Assembly (NCBI GenBank): GCA_965649825.1
Contig: OZ287706.1
Span: forward strand, 496,001 to 560,000
Direction: 5' to 3'
From: Penicillus capitatus
Taxonomy: Eukaryota > Plantae > Chlorophyta
DNA length: 64,000 bases
The notes under the pieces are model-generated. The model saw only the letters and a list, made by a program, of their open reading frames with translations. It had not been told where the DNA came from and did not search any database. A program made the position numbers and the translations under genes. Position 1 is the first letter of the stretch. Each line of letters opens with the position of its first letter. Of the stretch, positions 38,888 through 50,699 are shown piece after piece.

Positions 38888-39722
38888 TCAAAACAGGTCC
38901 GAAAAGGCCGTGGCTATATCGGAGGCATCTCCGGATCGCGATTTCCATGTGCCATGATCGAAATCCGTCGATTCTCTGAGATCGAAGTCGATCTCTTCTT
39001 CACCCTCTTCGTCGTCTTCTTCTCCATCGTCGTCCTCCCCTTCCTCGACGTCTTCCTCAGCTCTCAATCTGTCTGCCAGATCATGAGTCTGGAAACAGAA
39101 ACGTCTGTCTGGATGTCAGGCACACGGACTGCTTCATACCTCGTGCATGATCTCGTACTCTCTGTCTAAGATGAATCGCACTTCTGGCACGCGTTTGAGT
39201 GAGATCTTCTTCGCGATGACGCTTCGTACGTAACTAGCATGAGTGTTTCGACGAGGGGTCGATGTGTACGAAGCTTACGGCTGGAGTTTGACGAGGCGAT
39301 CCCACTTGTCGTATAGTACCTCGTCGTCGTCTTCGTCGTCATCCGCTCCGATTCGATAGAGCGAGATGTAGATCTTGGCCACTTGGAGATCGTTCGAGAC
39401 GACGACGTCCTTCACCGTCGCGATCTCATCCAGTTCCAAATCGGTCGCGATGCCCATCAGACCTCCCGACATCACCTGCTCCATGGTAATCTTTTAGAAG
39501 AAGGCGTACGCCTCCCATGTCGACCTTGTCCGTGGAAAGCAGCTCGGAGACTTCGCGGTTGATCTGTCTAGACACTCGAGCAACACGGAGAGGCGATGCC
39601 ATACAGGTCGGCAGGGTACGGCTTCCAGCGACGCTGCGCAGAACGAAGGCCATCGCGAAACGCCGGCACGCGCACCGTTCAAGCACTGAATGCCTCAGCG
39701 TCCTTCCGATGCCCCTGTGCAT
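38888..39722 (-). CDS. rbfA: Plastid ribosome-binding factor A (RBF1) with acidic C-terminus; multi-exon
   Basis: RVARVSRQINREVSELL, VKDVVVSNDLQVAKIYIS, YVRSVIAKKISLKRVPEVRFILD. Confidence 0.9.
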
Positions 39723-39729
39723 TCAACAA

Positions 39730-41560
39730 CACCTCTGGCTTCGAAGCGAACGAAACGTCTAGTGCTTTGCGTCAGGTCGTGTCCTACATGGACATGCCAC
39801 ACTCAGACATCCAGGCTACGGTAAAGATGCCCCCGTACATCACCGGTATCAGACTCTAAGCTTCCTCAAGCACCGCATCAGGCAGCTCGGCTTCCACTCG
39901 ACCGGAATACGATTGCTAAACATGCACGTCACATCAGATTCCGATGACGCTTCGGTGGACGCCGCACGTGAAGAAGGGAGAGGATCTTGATCATCTCTGT
40001 GGGAAATCTGCTTCGCCGCCCTTCAGGACATCCAGAACTGCAGAAAGGTCCTGATTAATATTTTCAGCCTCTCACAGTATCTTGTTGCATTCGGGAAAGT
40101 GGCGGCTGTTCTTTGATAGACTGATAGACATCCTCCAACGTCTTCCGTGGAGTATCCTCATCCCTGTTCATCCTTGTGTCATACGCGTGAACTGATCTAG
40201 TATCATTTATGACTCCAGGCGCGTGCAGATCGGTATTCGGCAGGGTGATCGAATAGGCCAAAGTGTGCACCGAATCCTCGCTCTTGAAGGGGGAGTCTTG
40301 ATAGTCGAAGAAGACCTTGCTGAACTTGCTCAATACACGGATAGCGCATTCTCTCTTTGTTGCATTGCTTACCCTGAGAGCGTATGGCAAGGATATTTAC
40401 GCTTACTTGTGTGGACATACAATTCGACTTTCAAGTTTATAGTTGTTCCTCTTTGGTATCTCGCGGACGCATTTGCCACTTTGCAACAGACACAAAAAAG
40501 CGCGTGTGACCTACTCGCATGAAAACCTCCAAAAATAGCTCGACGCAGGCCACTTTTATGGTCTCTCCTTCTATTGCTGAAGAAGAAGTCATCGCGTGTC
40601 AGAACACACCTTTAGGAGTGAACGGAGACGTTTTGAATTCGGAGAGATGAAAGAACAGACAGGATCCTGCAAAGGTTGTCAACAGTCGTCGCGTTCGTGC
40701 GTCTTTAGGCGTCAGAGTCGCTGTTTAAGAACGGCAGTCAGACTTCAAAGTCGTCGACAAGAGTCGTCAGCAAAGTCGTCACGGACGCACGGGAGGAGGC
40801 GAACTGTCACCAGAGGCGTCAGCGAAGTCGTCACGGGTGGGCATACGATGGGGTCGGCAACTTTTCGACCGTGGGGATCGACCCGTATGCGGATGGTGCA
40901 GTTGGCCAGTTCGAGAAGTACGACCGCGGGGGTTCGATTCCTGCGCCGGACACAGAGGAGGGTAGTCCCATCAGAGTTGACCCGGATGTGTCTGGCGAGC
41001 CCGCGCCGAGTTGGATGGGTTACGGCAGGGAAAGGACAACGTCGAGCCAGTTCGGGGGCCGACGACGGAGTCACCACCCGGACAAAAACTTTTGTCCTCT
41101 TTCCCTTTGATTCTTTTCGCCGCCGAATACGGAGCTGTAAAGATTTCCTTTCGTATCCGTCACGTGCGCCACCGTCGCGTATCGCTCAACGTAGTTGTTT
41201 GCTCGTTTGATCCTACTCTGTTCTTAGTTTACAGGCGTCCTGTTGTATAGCAACTTCCGGGGTTAGACGAATCAATGCGAAGACGTAGTTCTAGCTGTGT
41301 CGCCTCGTTGAATGCGCTCGCAGCCGTGTGTCCCCTGAATGACCGTAAAGCGAGTTTCACGATATCTTTTTTGCGCAGCCTGCCCATGCTAGTATGGATG
41401 GTTTCCGGCATTCAACTTCTTCTCTTATCCAAACGAGCAAACGCAGTCCTCGAGAAGAATCTCGCTACAGCAGCAGAAAGAAAGGATTCTGGCGTATGAT
41501 CAATCAACAGACGTAGTAGACGAAGAAGCTTTTCGCCTGTTGCCGTTAAAAGCCACGGAA
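39730..41560 (-). pseudogene. GNOM/GBF-type ARF-GEF remnant, copy B (longest: pre-Sec7 region, Sec7, HDS1 start)
   Basis: IRVLSKFSKVFFDYQDSPFKSEDSVHTLAYSITLPNTDLHAP..TLEDVYQSIK (Sec7), SSPFFTC, GIFTVAWMSEC, LDVSFASKPEVLLN (post-Sec7), VARFFSRT; many stops and frameshifts. Confidence 0.8.
40870..41125 (+). repeat. Homogenised ~260-bp dispersed-repeat core (other copies: 24190-24450 on -, 47020-47275 and 56400-56650 on +) with Pol III A/B-box-like motifs
   Basis: Only a few differences among the four copies; TGGTGCAGTTGG 40894-40905, GGTTCGATTCC 40931-40941, palindrome GGACAAAA-AC-TTTTGTCC 41080-41097. Confidence 0.85.
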
Positions 41561-42935
41561 AGACCACTTTTGCCTCACAGACTGAGGGAAAAAGATGTCG
41601 ACAGTGCTACTCGTTTCGCGTGCACACGTGACTACCGGCCACCAGAGGTCGGACAGTGAAGGAGAAGTGTGGCAAACCGCGACGCTTTGGATATGGGCCT
41701 CATCGAGGCTCCACTTTGAGCCAGCTGCAGTCGCCACGCAAGCCTGCTCTGTGGATTCTGCTTAAACGGATGCCCGAGACAAAGATCTGTTATCTTTGTA
41801 TCACGCTGGAGTGCGATTGCTGTTTCTTTGTCCTCGCACGATGCGTTTCGAATCTGAGATGAACGAGCTGCCGGCAGTCTGAGACGCGAGAATACCGTTA
41901 GGCATCCAGAAGAGACGCTTTTCTGACCCCCCAGTTGCTCATGCTGCTGTACTTGGCCGTTTCTTAGCGTCAACTCCGAACATCTACCCCATTCTGCCGA
42001 TCGAGTGACGACTGAGATGCATAGCTGTCAGTGGATGCCTGCTTTGAAGACATGTCTGCACTCGCTTGACCTCTTGGTGCTCGCCTTCTGTCATCTGGAT
42101 GTTCCCGGATCCTCCTCTCATCGACCTAGACGGCCTTGGACCCACCATAGGAATTCCGGCCAGTGGGCGAAATGAAGTGCGGGTAGGGCGTGCTTTAGCT
42201 TTAATTCGCATCCTCCGTCTGCGAGGCTTCTCTGACTGCGGTTGAGTCATGTCACTTAGGAGATACCTTCTTTCTGACTATGAGCCTTTCAACAGGCCGC
42301 TTCCTGTCCCTCGAGTGATGATGCCGACGCCGGCAGAGTATTCATCGCGAAACAGTGCGAATCTGTTGAGATTACCGTCTGCTCGAGACGTCGTGTCACA
42401 ATACACGACATGGTGCGTTTCTCATGCCTGCTCGATTGAGGGATAACGTGGGCGGGTAGACGACGCACGCTACTCGGATTAGATTTCCAAGCGAACTGCC
42501 TTGTTTACGTGCATACCCCTGCGAGCGGCATCCGGCTGAATGAGAACTTAGAGCAGGCCCCGGCGTCGGACGAAGAGTGAAGACCACGGCAGCTGCCGAT
42601 CGTTCACATTCCTGCAAGGGAATGGAATGGACTGCCGATCTTACAGCCGATCTTACAGTAGAAGGTCCACTTTGATTTCACTGAGGACGGGAGGAAGACT
42701 AAAAGCCTAGCAGTGTATGTTACGGACAGGCACATTGAGAACGTGCCCTTTATACAGCCATAACCACACGGTTGGCATTCTCTTTAAAAAAAGCACGACG
42801 GCGGCCATGGACGAAATGTGTGGCCAGAGACGTCGAGAGATTCAACGGAACAGCAATCGAATGCAATGTACGACCGTCCGACACGTCAAAGGCATAACAA
42901 GCGCGGTAATCGATCGTGGAAACTGTCTCGTGCGG

Positions 42936-44039
42936 TCACACTTGCGAAGAAGGATGCACTTGACGGTTCTCCGAAAACCTTTGGTGGTAACGCAGGAGCA
43001 AGATGAAGACAAGGACGCAAATCCAAACTGGAAGGACGATGACGCAAGCCAACACCCCTCCCCAGATGACAACACCCACCAGCCATGGCAGACAGAGCAA
43101 CACCGTCATGCACAGAATCCTAATCAGCTGACCGCGGAAGGTTTTGTGAACAGGATTCAGGAAAAGAAACACAAATGGACATGCCCCTGGCACGAATACA
43201 CACAACACACACAACAATACACCTCTCTCACACCATTGCTTCTGTCGCTCATTCTCGGATGGATTTCGGATGAGGCAGCCAATGAGCAGCAGGAAGAAGA
43301 GTCCGAAACCGCCGCCGATAACAACACCGGCTTTGATGCTGCACCATCCACCGTCATGCGCGGCGCAGCGAATCATGGACCTCTCCCGGCATTCCCAGTA
43401 CTCACAGAAGTGCTTTCCTCTTTCGAAGCACTCGCACACGGAAGACTCGATCTCCAGAGTGGAGGAAATGTTGCCTTTCCAGCGATAGCAGTACTCTCCA
43501 GTGACGTCCTCCTCCAAACACTGGTAGTCTTCTTCCTCGGAGTACCCCGTGGAGCTGTCATCTCTGCACGACCACTCGGAACAGTACCTCTGGTTCGGTG
43601 CCGGAGAATCGCAAGCACACGTCAATGTGTCATTGAGGTAGAGATCCACGCAAACGCTTGAGTCGCCTTTCGACCTGCAGTCGGCACTCTTGTCGATATG
43701 TGTCGTCTCGCACTGCCAGCGATGGCAATAGGGCAGCTCTGTCTGAGCGCAGGTACAGTTGCCATATTCTCTCTTCCTTCGATTCTCTTCGTGCATCGAC
43801 CAGTCGAGACAGTGACTGTTGGCGTGTTCGAAGCAGCGATAGACTTCTGCCTCCGTGTTGCTGGCGACACGCCACAGACCACCTCTGTAGACGCCTGACT
43901 CCGTATAGTACCCGGCCTCGCGCTTCATGCGGTTCCATGACTGCAGGCCCTCGTTCAAATCGTGAACGGTCTCGCTCAACACTCCCAGTGCCGTCACGAG
44001 GAAACAACCCGCAATGCAGGAGCTTCTCGATGCTGCCAT
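42936..44039 (-). CDS. Secreted/membrane protein with five Cys-x-Cys-x2-Trp modules and 3-4 C-terminal TM helices; intronless
   Basis: 367-aa ORF with hydrophobic N-terminus, repeated C-x(5-9)-(Y/F/H)C-x2-W motifs and a hydrophobic C-terminal region. Confidence 0.75.
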   Translation of the reverse strand: MAASRSSCIAGCFLVTALGVLSETVHDLNEGLQSWNRMKREAGYYTESGVYRGGLWRVASNTEAEVYRCFEHANSHCLDWSMHEENRRKREYGNCTCAQTELPYCHRWQCETTHIDKSADCRSKGDSSVCVDLYLNDTLTCACDSPAPNQRYCSEWSCRDDSSTGYSEEEDYQCLEEDVTGEYCYRWKGNISSTLEIESSVCECFERGKHFCEYWECRERSMIRCAAHDGGWCSIKAGVVIGGGFGLFFLLLIGCLIRNPSENERQKQWCERGVLLCVLCVFVPGACPFVFLFLNPVHKTFRGQLIRILCMTVLLCLPWLVGVVIWGGVLACVIVLPVWICVLVFILLLRYHQRFSENRQVHPSSQV

Positions 44040-44208
44040 GGCTCAAAACGTACTGCCAAATGCGGACGCTCACGCACTGCAACCATATACTTCCGCACAA
44101 AAGCCGTTGGGGTCGTCTCTCTCAACGAACGAACGAGACATGAAAGTGACGTCGACTGCTAGCGTCATTGTCGATGACGGATAGCCGACACGGCGTCGAT
44201 TGTTCTCA

Positions 44209-44845
44209 TCACGGCCACGATTTCTTCCCGTCGACGGGGCCGTTCTTATCTTGGCAGAGACAAGTTAGACGCGTCTTTGTTCTGGAAACAAAAATACTCG
44301 CATCCTGGATGCGGATGTAGCTAAAGCGGTCGCTGTCGAGATCGAACAATTCTCTTCGACGCCTCGAGGTTCCACTGCAGTCCGACAGAGGAAAAGCACG
44401 AGGATGAGGCAAGAAGATGTCATCATGCATGCGTCGACGAAGTGAACATGTGGGCGTCGACACTAACTGTTGCTGTGTTCACTTGTGGCATCGTCGACTC
44501 AACAGTTCGGAAGAACAACTCGTCGGTGCTCTCAGACATTTCATGGAAGAAGAAGACCGAAGAAGACTCATCGTTTAGCGACGATCGGTGAAGCTCGGTG
44601 TCGAATGACAGTGACATGTAGCTAACTCCCGCCTCCATGTTTAACGAGATGTCCACTCCGTGACAGTGGGTCTTTTGGAATTGCGAGCAAACGAACACGA
44701 CATCAAAGAACGAACCAGGAGAACAATGCGGCTCCGTGGAAAGAGTCTGGACAGGATGCAAGAAGGACGTGTGTTGCAAAGATGTCATTCGTGCTTCGAA
44801 TGAGAGGTGTCCAGACGGGACAGACCAAATGGGGTCTGCCAGCAA
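44209..44845 (-). CDS. Hypothetical protein (possibly spliced)
   Basis: Protein-like frame VVFVCSQFQKTHCHGVDISLNMEAGVSYMSLSFDTELH followed by a possible GT-AG intron; family unknown. Confidence 0.25.
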
Positions 44846-45352
44846 AGACGACAGATGACAGGCAGTCGACCGATGTCCGAATCGACAAATCTAACGTTAG
44901 GGTGGCGATAACATCTAAACACTTCGGCAGCAAACGGAACACGAAACTTCATTGCTCGATGCAATGTTTCAGGTTCCGTTCCGCGTTCGCGGAGTTCCTC
45001 CCAGATCCTTTACGCTTTCGTAGATCTGAGCGGAGTGGAAACGAAGGACGCGATATCGTAATCGCGCCGCCCACGGCGACTAGGAGGCCATGCATACGGC
45101 TGCGGGTACGGCGGCTGACAAAACCTCCTTTTATTCCAGTACAGGTCTGCATTCGCTGCTCAGAGCTGAGTGGGGTTCCTAAGGGAGAAGTGCGGAAGGC
45201 AGAGATCGACCGCATGGAAGCGGCACGAACGATTGTCGATTCGATTCTGCGATTACGTACAGGTCGAATCGTACGACAAAGGCAGGTATGGAATGCTTCG
45301 CGGCCATTGACTGGAAATTCTCGTTATGTCTACCGGCGGGATAGATGACTCG

Positions 45353-45909
45353 ATGAAACATCACCGCCGCGTGTAGCCGTTGTCCAAGTCGCTTGTACCA
45401 TTTCCATCTCCATGTAGACCTCACATCGCCTCTTCTTTTTGCTGCTGGCCCTCGTGCTGCTGTCGTCGACCGTCGACTGTCGAGGTCCGTCTTCGCACCT
45501 CCCGCGACGTCGTGCTCACTCTGGCTCTTCGTGTTCTGCAGGCGGCAGCCATTCTTCGCACAGCCATTCCTCACACAGCCATTCTACGACAAGCCGGGCG
45601 CGTCCCGTCCCGCCTCGAACAACGCATGTGGACCAAAAGAAAGAAGACAGAGAGGCCAGTCCGAGCGTCAAAACCAAAACCACATCCTTCACGAAGCCAC
45701 ACATCGATGAGAACATCGCACCCGGATCAGGGCTTTGGGGTCCCAAAATATCAACCCCTTCAAAAGATTCTCGTCGTTGGGAGACGGCCCGCAAAGGTGC
45801 GCTCGAATCTGCTGTGTCGTTCTTAAGGAAGCGTGCAAATATGAGCTTGTGCTCTGGGCAGTTGAAGAGAGATTCGAAAAGCCCTACACAGGGTCGATGG
45901 GATACATGA
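45353..45909 (+). CDS. Putative secreted His/Ser-rich protein; 1 intron
   Basis: MKHHRR|intron|TSHRLFFLLLALVLLSSTVDC signal peptide, followed by GGSHSSHSHSSHSHS. Confidence 0.4.
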
Positions 45910-46879
45910 CTCAGCACTAAGATCCGCCGCCTTCGACACAACTGGCCGTTCTTCATCACTCGCGTTTTTTTGTCTTCCATTATTACTGTCTACCGTTCAT
46001 GCATAGTCTCGGCGTCCTTAAAGGATGCAGACACACACGCATCCTGGAGTTGGCTTCATCTGGGTGATTTGTATGCTGGCAAACGATCTAAAGAACACCA
46101 CTTCACCATGCAACCATCAAATCGAACACGCAAGCCTTTCCTTGAGGCAACTTTCCATGTAAAAGAGGATCGATCTCGCATAAGCCGAATCATGTAAAAC
46201 GCTTCACTTTCCTGCTAACGAAGCTCATTTTGTGTCCAGCTTCTGTGTCTCCACGCGGATACCAAAGTGGGCATTTGATGTGACTGCTATCGCGAGCTAT
46301 CGATCCGCTGTGCTCTCCGTCCCTTCTTCGATAGGAAAGACGACTTCTAGACGGAAACGTGCGACAGAGAGATTTCTTCATGAACAGTAGGAATCCAACC
46401 CAAAAAATGCAAGAGCGCATCACTCTACTAGTACAAGTGCAATTTTTAGTATGGTACGATAAGTTGTTTCATGTTGGACGATAGAAAAGACAGAGATGAG
46501 GCCAAAGTGTTCAGTGAGTATGTTTTTTAGAGAGAGAAACAGATAATGATCGACAAAGGTGTCGCAACATGCCGATGACCTGCCGAGAGATGGAGCCGCA
46601 TCCTCATTGCTAGATTCTATTCATTCTCGGCGATGCTGGCTTCGTAGAACTAAGAGTGTGAAGCAAAGTACTGTGTGATGATAAGTTAGAGTTAAGAAAA
46701 TACTATCTTTAAGAAAAAGAACGTGCTTTAAAGCACATAGCAGGGGGTGGTATTCGTCGCCATCTCTAAAGATCCAGCGTCGTTGCGGTTGCACGGGACG
46801 GAACTCGTCAGCCAACGGGCTGATCACAGAGCCACGAAGCCGATATAGACGGTCACCAGAAAAGAGTCGTCACATGAGC

Positions 46880-47970
46880 ACGGTAATCAGGATTCAAAGT
46901 CGTCGACAAGAGTTGTCAACAAAGTCGTCACGGACGCACGGGAGGAGGCGAACTGTCACCAGAGGCGTCAGCGAAGTCGTCACGGGTGGGCATACGATGG
47001 GGTCGGCAACTTTTCGACCGTGGGGATCGACCCGTATGCGGATGGTGCAATTGGCCAGTTCGAGAAGTACGACCGCGGGGGTTCGATTCCTGCGCCGGAC
47101 ACAGAGGAGGGTAGTCCCATCAGAGTTGACCCGGATGTGTCTGGCGAGCCCGCGCCGAGTTGGATGGGTTACGGCAGGGAAAGGACAACGTCGAGCCAGT
47201 TCGGGGGCCGACGATGGAGTCACCACCCGGACAAAAACTTTTGTCCTCTTTCCCTTTGATTCTTTTCGCCGCCGAATACGGAGCTGTAAAGATTTCCTTT
47301 CGTATCCGTCACGTTCGCCGCCGTCGCGTATCGCGAAAAGCAGTTTTCGATCGACAGCAAGCTCTGTTCTGTGTTTACAGGTAGGCGGGTTCTTAGTACA
47401 CGCTCTAGTCGTTTGCATAGACTTCCTAGCATTCTTGGTCCGCGTCTTCGCTGTCGTCTCTTCCTCGGAGTCTGGATTGAAAAACACTCGGCGTTTGCAC
47501 CTTTGCCGAAAAAGGTCTTTCTACTTGGACACGGTGCCTGTGAATTGTCTCTTGGCTGCCGACAGATCGAACGCGGATCTCTCTTTCGTGTCGACAAGCG
47601 GAACATTCAGATCCCTCCTTGTTCGCTGCCAAGTGCTCTGTGCGTTTCGGGAAGTTCTCCTTTGTCGCTTGAATTGATTCAGTCGGCCAACGAGTTCTGG
47701 AAATACTTCGGTCTCGTGCAATGGTTTCTACGGAGACAAGGTGCACAAACGATGGGTTTAGGAGAGAATGCCAAAACAGCTGTTAAAGAACAGAACGTTG
47801 GCAGCTTACTCGTCTTTCCACAGGCCCTGGTCTGTGACCGATATCGCACTCGAAATCTTCGGGAACAGATCATGGCGATTTTAGAGAACGCCGTAGATAC
47901 ATACTGCGTCAGTCATCTCTATAGAAGCAACTGCGGTGAGTCTGCGGTCATCTTCATCCAGGAGGTGTAA
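46880..47970 (-). pseudogene. GNOM/GBF-type ARF-GEF remnant, copy C (pre-Sec7 region plus core)
   Basis: 46894-47335 is nearly identical to 40745-41185; 47340-47720 is about 90% similar (estimated by eye) to 23760-24150; GSLCKRLERVLRTRLPVNTEQSLLSIEN. Confidence 0.75.
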
Positions 47971-48066
47971 AGTTTCGCGCGAGGTTCATTCGAACAGGCG
48001 TTAGCAGTAATTCAGTCGAGGTGGACGAGAGGCTTTCGTAGAGGAATGCCGCATCTAGGGTGTCTC

Positions 48067-48321
48067 TCAAGAAGAACGGTCCAGCAATCCAAATGATCTC
48101 CGTGAGCGGCAGCAGCAGAAGAGGGACTGCAGACGATCAGCCCATACGATGGCTAGACGCAGGGTCTTGCATAGATTCTGTGCGAGGATGATGAAAACAC
48201 TGCCGCAGCAGACCAAGCCGATGGCGAAAAATAAGAGAAACTCCTCAGATCCTGACCACACAGGTAAAGTTGAACCCTTTCCGGCCATTCTTCGGTCTTC
48301 ACTTATCGTTACGACATCCAA
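48067..48321 (-). CDS. Possible small single-pass membrane protein
   Basis: 84-aa ORF with one hydrophobic segment (FLLFFAIGLVCCGSVFIILA); no further support. Confidence 0.2.
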   Translation of the reverse strand: MDVVTISEDRRMAGKGSTLPVWSGSEEFLLFFAIGLVCCGSVFIILAQNLCKTLRLAIVWADRLQSLFCCCRSRRSFGLLDRSS

Positions 48322-48999
48322 CGTGCGTGATCGACGTCAAGAACTCGCTTAAGCATCGTTGATCGAACGGCGGCTGTTTATTCCAGTCGCGTCTTTGGCG
48401 ACTTCTCGCACAAGGTTTTTTGCCCGATACATCAACGACGCTGTGCGAGGATTCTTCATGTTGGATACAGTCGGTGACATTCCGTCCTCCAGAACTACAT
48501 TTTTGTTGAGGTGGTTTCGGATCGGACCGGCAAAGCATCTGTGAGTGACAGACGCGAACAGGATGGACCCGTAGACATATCGTCAAGCAGACAAAAAAGA
48601 ACGCACCAAACGCAGCTACGACGGGTTGCTTATCTAGAATAAGTGGCCGCCAACCTTTCAAGCGTATCAGTCAGTGAACGTGCAGTACATGTTTGCAACC
48701 CTTTACATCCGTTCCTTCCGACGTCCAAATAAGAGTGAGTGTCGCTAACACAAAAACGCTAACAAAGTGTTAGACAATGAATGAGAAACAGCAACGATAC
48801 ATTGAAATATGGCAATCATGTGACGAAATAGATGGCAAATTGGAGCTGTTGTGATTCGATTGGGAAGGGAGATAAGGTAACGATATGCACCTGGCTAGCG
48901 AATATTAATGCGGCATGTATGCGTGTAACAGGCATAATATGCCATCGACGAAAAGGAGGAGAGTCAAGGACAAGTGATGTTGCAGAATCATTAGCGGCA

Positions 49000-50420
49000 C
49001 TTCGCCAGTGTAATGAAATGTCTGATGCAAGGCATCAGCCTTGACCTCAATAATCCAGGACTCGTAAGTCTTGGAGGAAGGAATTGATCTCTCCTTCAAG
49101 GAAAGCCATTTCATCGTCTGCAGAGATCGCCTTTGCAATACGACGTTTTCCAAAGCTGCCGATCAATTCGAGATGTTGTTCTCTACCGCTGTCGCGGCTA
49201 CCGTAGAAGGTTATCTGCCGGTAAACGCAACAATACCGCCCATTCGAAGACAGTGAATTCGTACCTGTGCTCTCATTAGTTCGGATGTATTGCCAGATAT
49301 TTGTTGAGTCAAACAACCCTGCATCACGCCTTCCAGTTCATTAGCACTGTCTTCTTCACTGGCTTCTGTTCGGGAGGAGATGCAGTATTGGAAATCGAGA
49401 GTTCTTCTGATTTCGAACTCTGTCGCGGTGATCGTGATCCGCTCACGGCCGAAGCAATATGGGAAATTGGATATCAATCCGAGGCCGAAGAGCGAGCTCA
49501 TGATAATAGGAACAATCCAAGTCGTTGCTACATACCAAGAGTTGCTTCAAAGATGAGGGCATGTTTCATAATGTACGTTCAGATGGAAATCGGATGATGA
49601 CGCCAACTGTCAAGGGCACAGCTATCGCGCAGTAGATGAGAGCTACAAGAAGATACAGGCATCCTACAAACAATGGAGACGAACTTCCCTTGATCTCAGC
49701 TGCCAGCGAGGACAACTCACTGTAACAGTGTCTTACCGCCGCAGGACGCAGGAGGGACATGTGCTCCAAGATGGGTCTCTCCACGTCTAACGACGTATGA
49801 TTTTCCTGGTCCTTGTTTCCTCTCTTCCGCTCTCGAAGCACTGGACGAACAGGATAGCGTTCGAGGTCATAGCCGACACCACTCGAGTCGCCTCACCTTC
49901 CTTCCCAGTCAGCAGTAACGCTGGATTGCGTTCTCTGCGCATGAATCTGAGTGATACACTTGCAGGAAGCACCCGAGACTAGCAAGGCAACGTACGAGCA
50001 CAATGTGATAGATCTTCTCCGTTCCAACTTCTCTCTCAAAGGACTCATTGTTCTGTCGATTGTTACAGTGAAAAAGGTTACACATTTCCTGAAAATGCGA
50101 CAGATTGGCGCACGCGTTGGTCTTCCTGTCGAGACGCCTACTTGTTTCTGTTTCTCGTAGATGTCTTGTCGGATGGAAGAAGCGGTGGTCTCCAGTGAAA
50201 GACATTTCACAGTGACTGGGCGTTTGTCCGAAAGCCTTTCGCACTAACACAGGTCGACTCAGAGTGGAGGATGGATTGTCCGGACGACAGAGCCACACCT
50301 CGCAGATGTATCCTACTGTCAAAAGACGGACGCGGAGAACTCGAAAGCGCCCGTCGATAACGGCACCTTCCTCATACATGATGCAGTGTTTGCAGAGATG
50401 GGGATCGTTATGAGAATCTA
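49000..50420 (-). pseudogene. SRPK-like protein kinase pseudogene, copy 2
   Basis: Direct repeat of 34255-35690 (roughly 80% identical by eye); YEEGAVIDGRFRVLRV..EVWLCRPD, REQHLELIGSFGKRRIAK. Confidence 0.6.
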
Positions 50421-50699
50421 TTGAACTCATTCGGTACGTCGGGCAGACGACCGAAGTAAAAAAATGAGAAGCGCGGCGGAACGAAACAAAGAGATTTCCC
50501 CGAGGAACGGCGTTGTCTGGCACAGGTACTGCCGTGCAGTCTAAGAAGACGAAGAGACTTTCGTCTCTTGTTCTAAAAGACTTGCTGAAGAGTGCGTTCT
50601 GCGCAGCGTTATCCGTCCGTGCCTGTGCTCGTGAGAATGGACTGAGAGTGGAAGAGAGAGGGGAGTGGCGTTCACAAGTATGGTCTGCCACTTGAACAT

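Noticed and set aside
40886-40950. Complete tRNA gene in the repeat core
   Set aside because: The A-to-B box gap is only 25 nt, and there is no anticodon arm or pairing acceptor stem. Kept only as a tRNA-like/Pol III motif hypothesis.
40871-41110. Conserved antisense ORF (..YADGAVGQFEKYDRGG..) in all four repeat copies as a real peptide gene
   Set aside because: No shared ATG, and differences between copies are mostly non-synonymous. Conservation is explained by DNA-level identity.
42249-42660. Possible small spliced gene (MSLRRYLLSDYEPF..) and a 12-bp tandem duplication gccgatcttaca
   Set aside because: No homology cue, and the duplication is too short to be meaningful.
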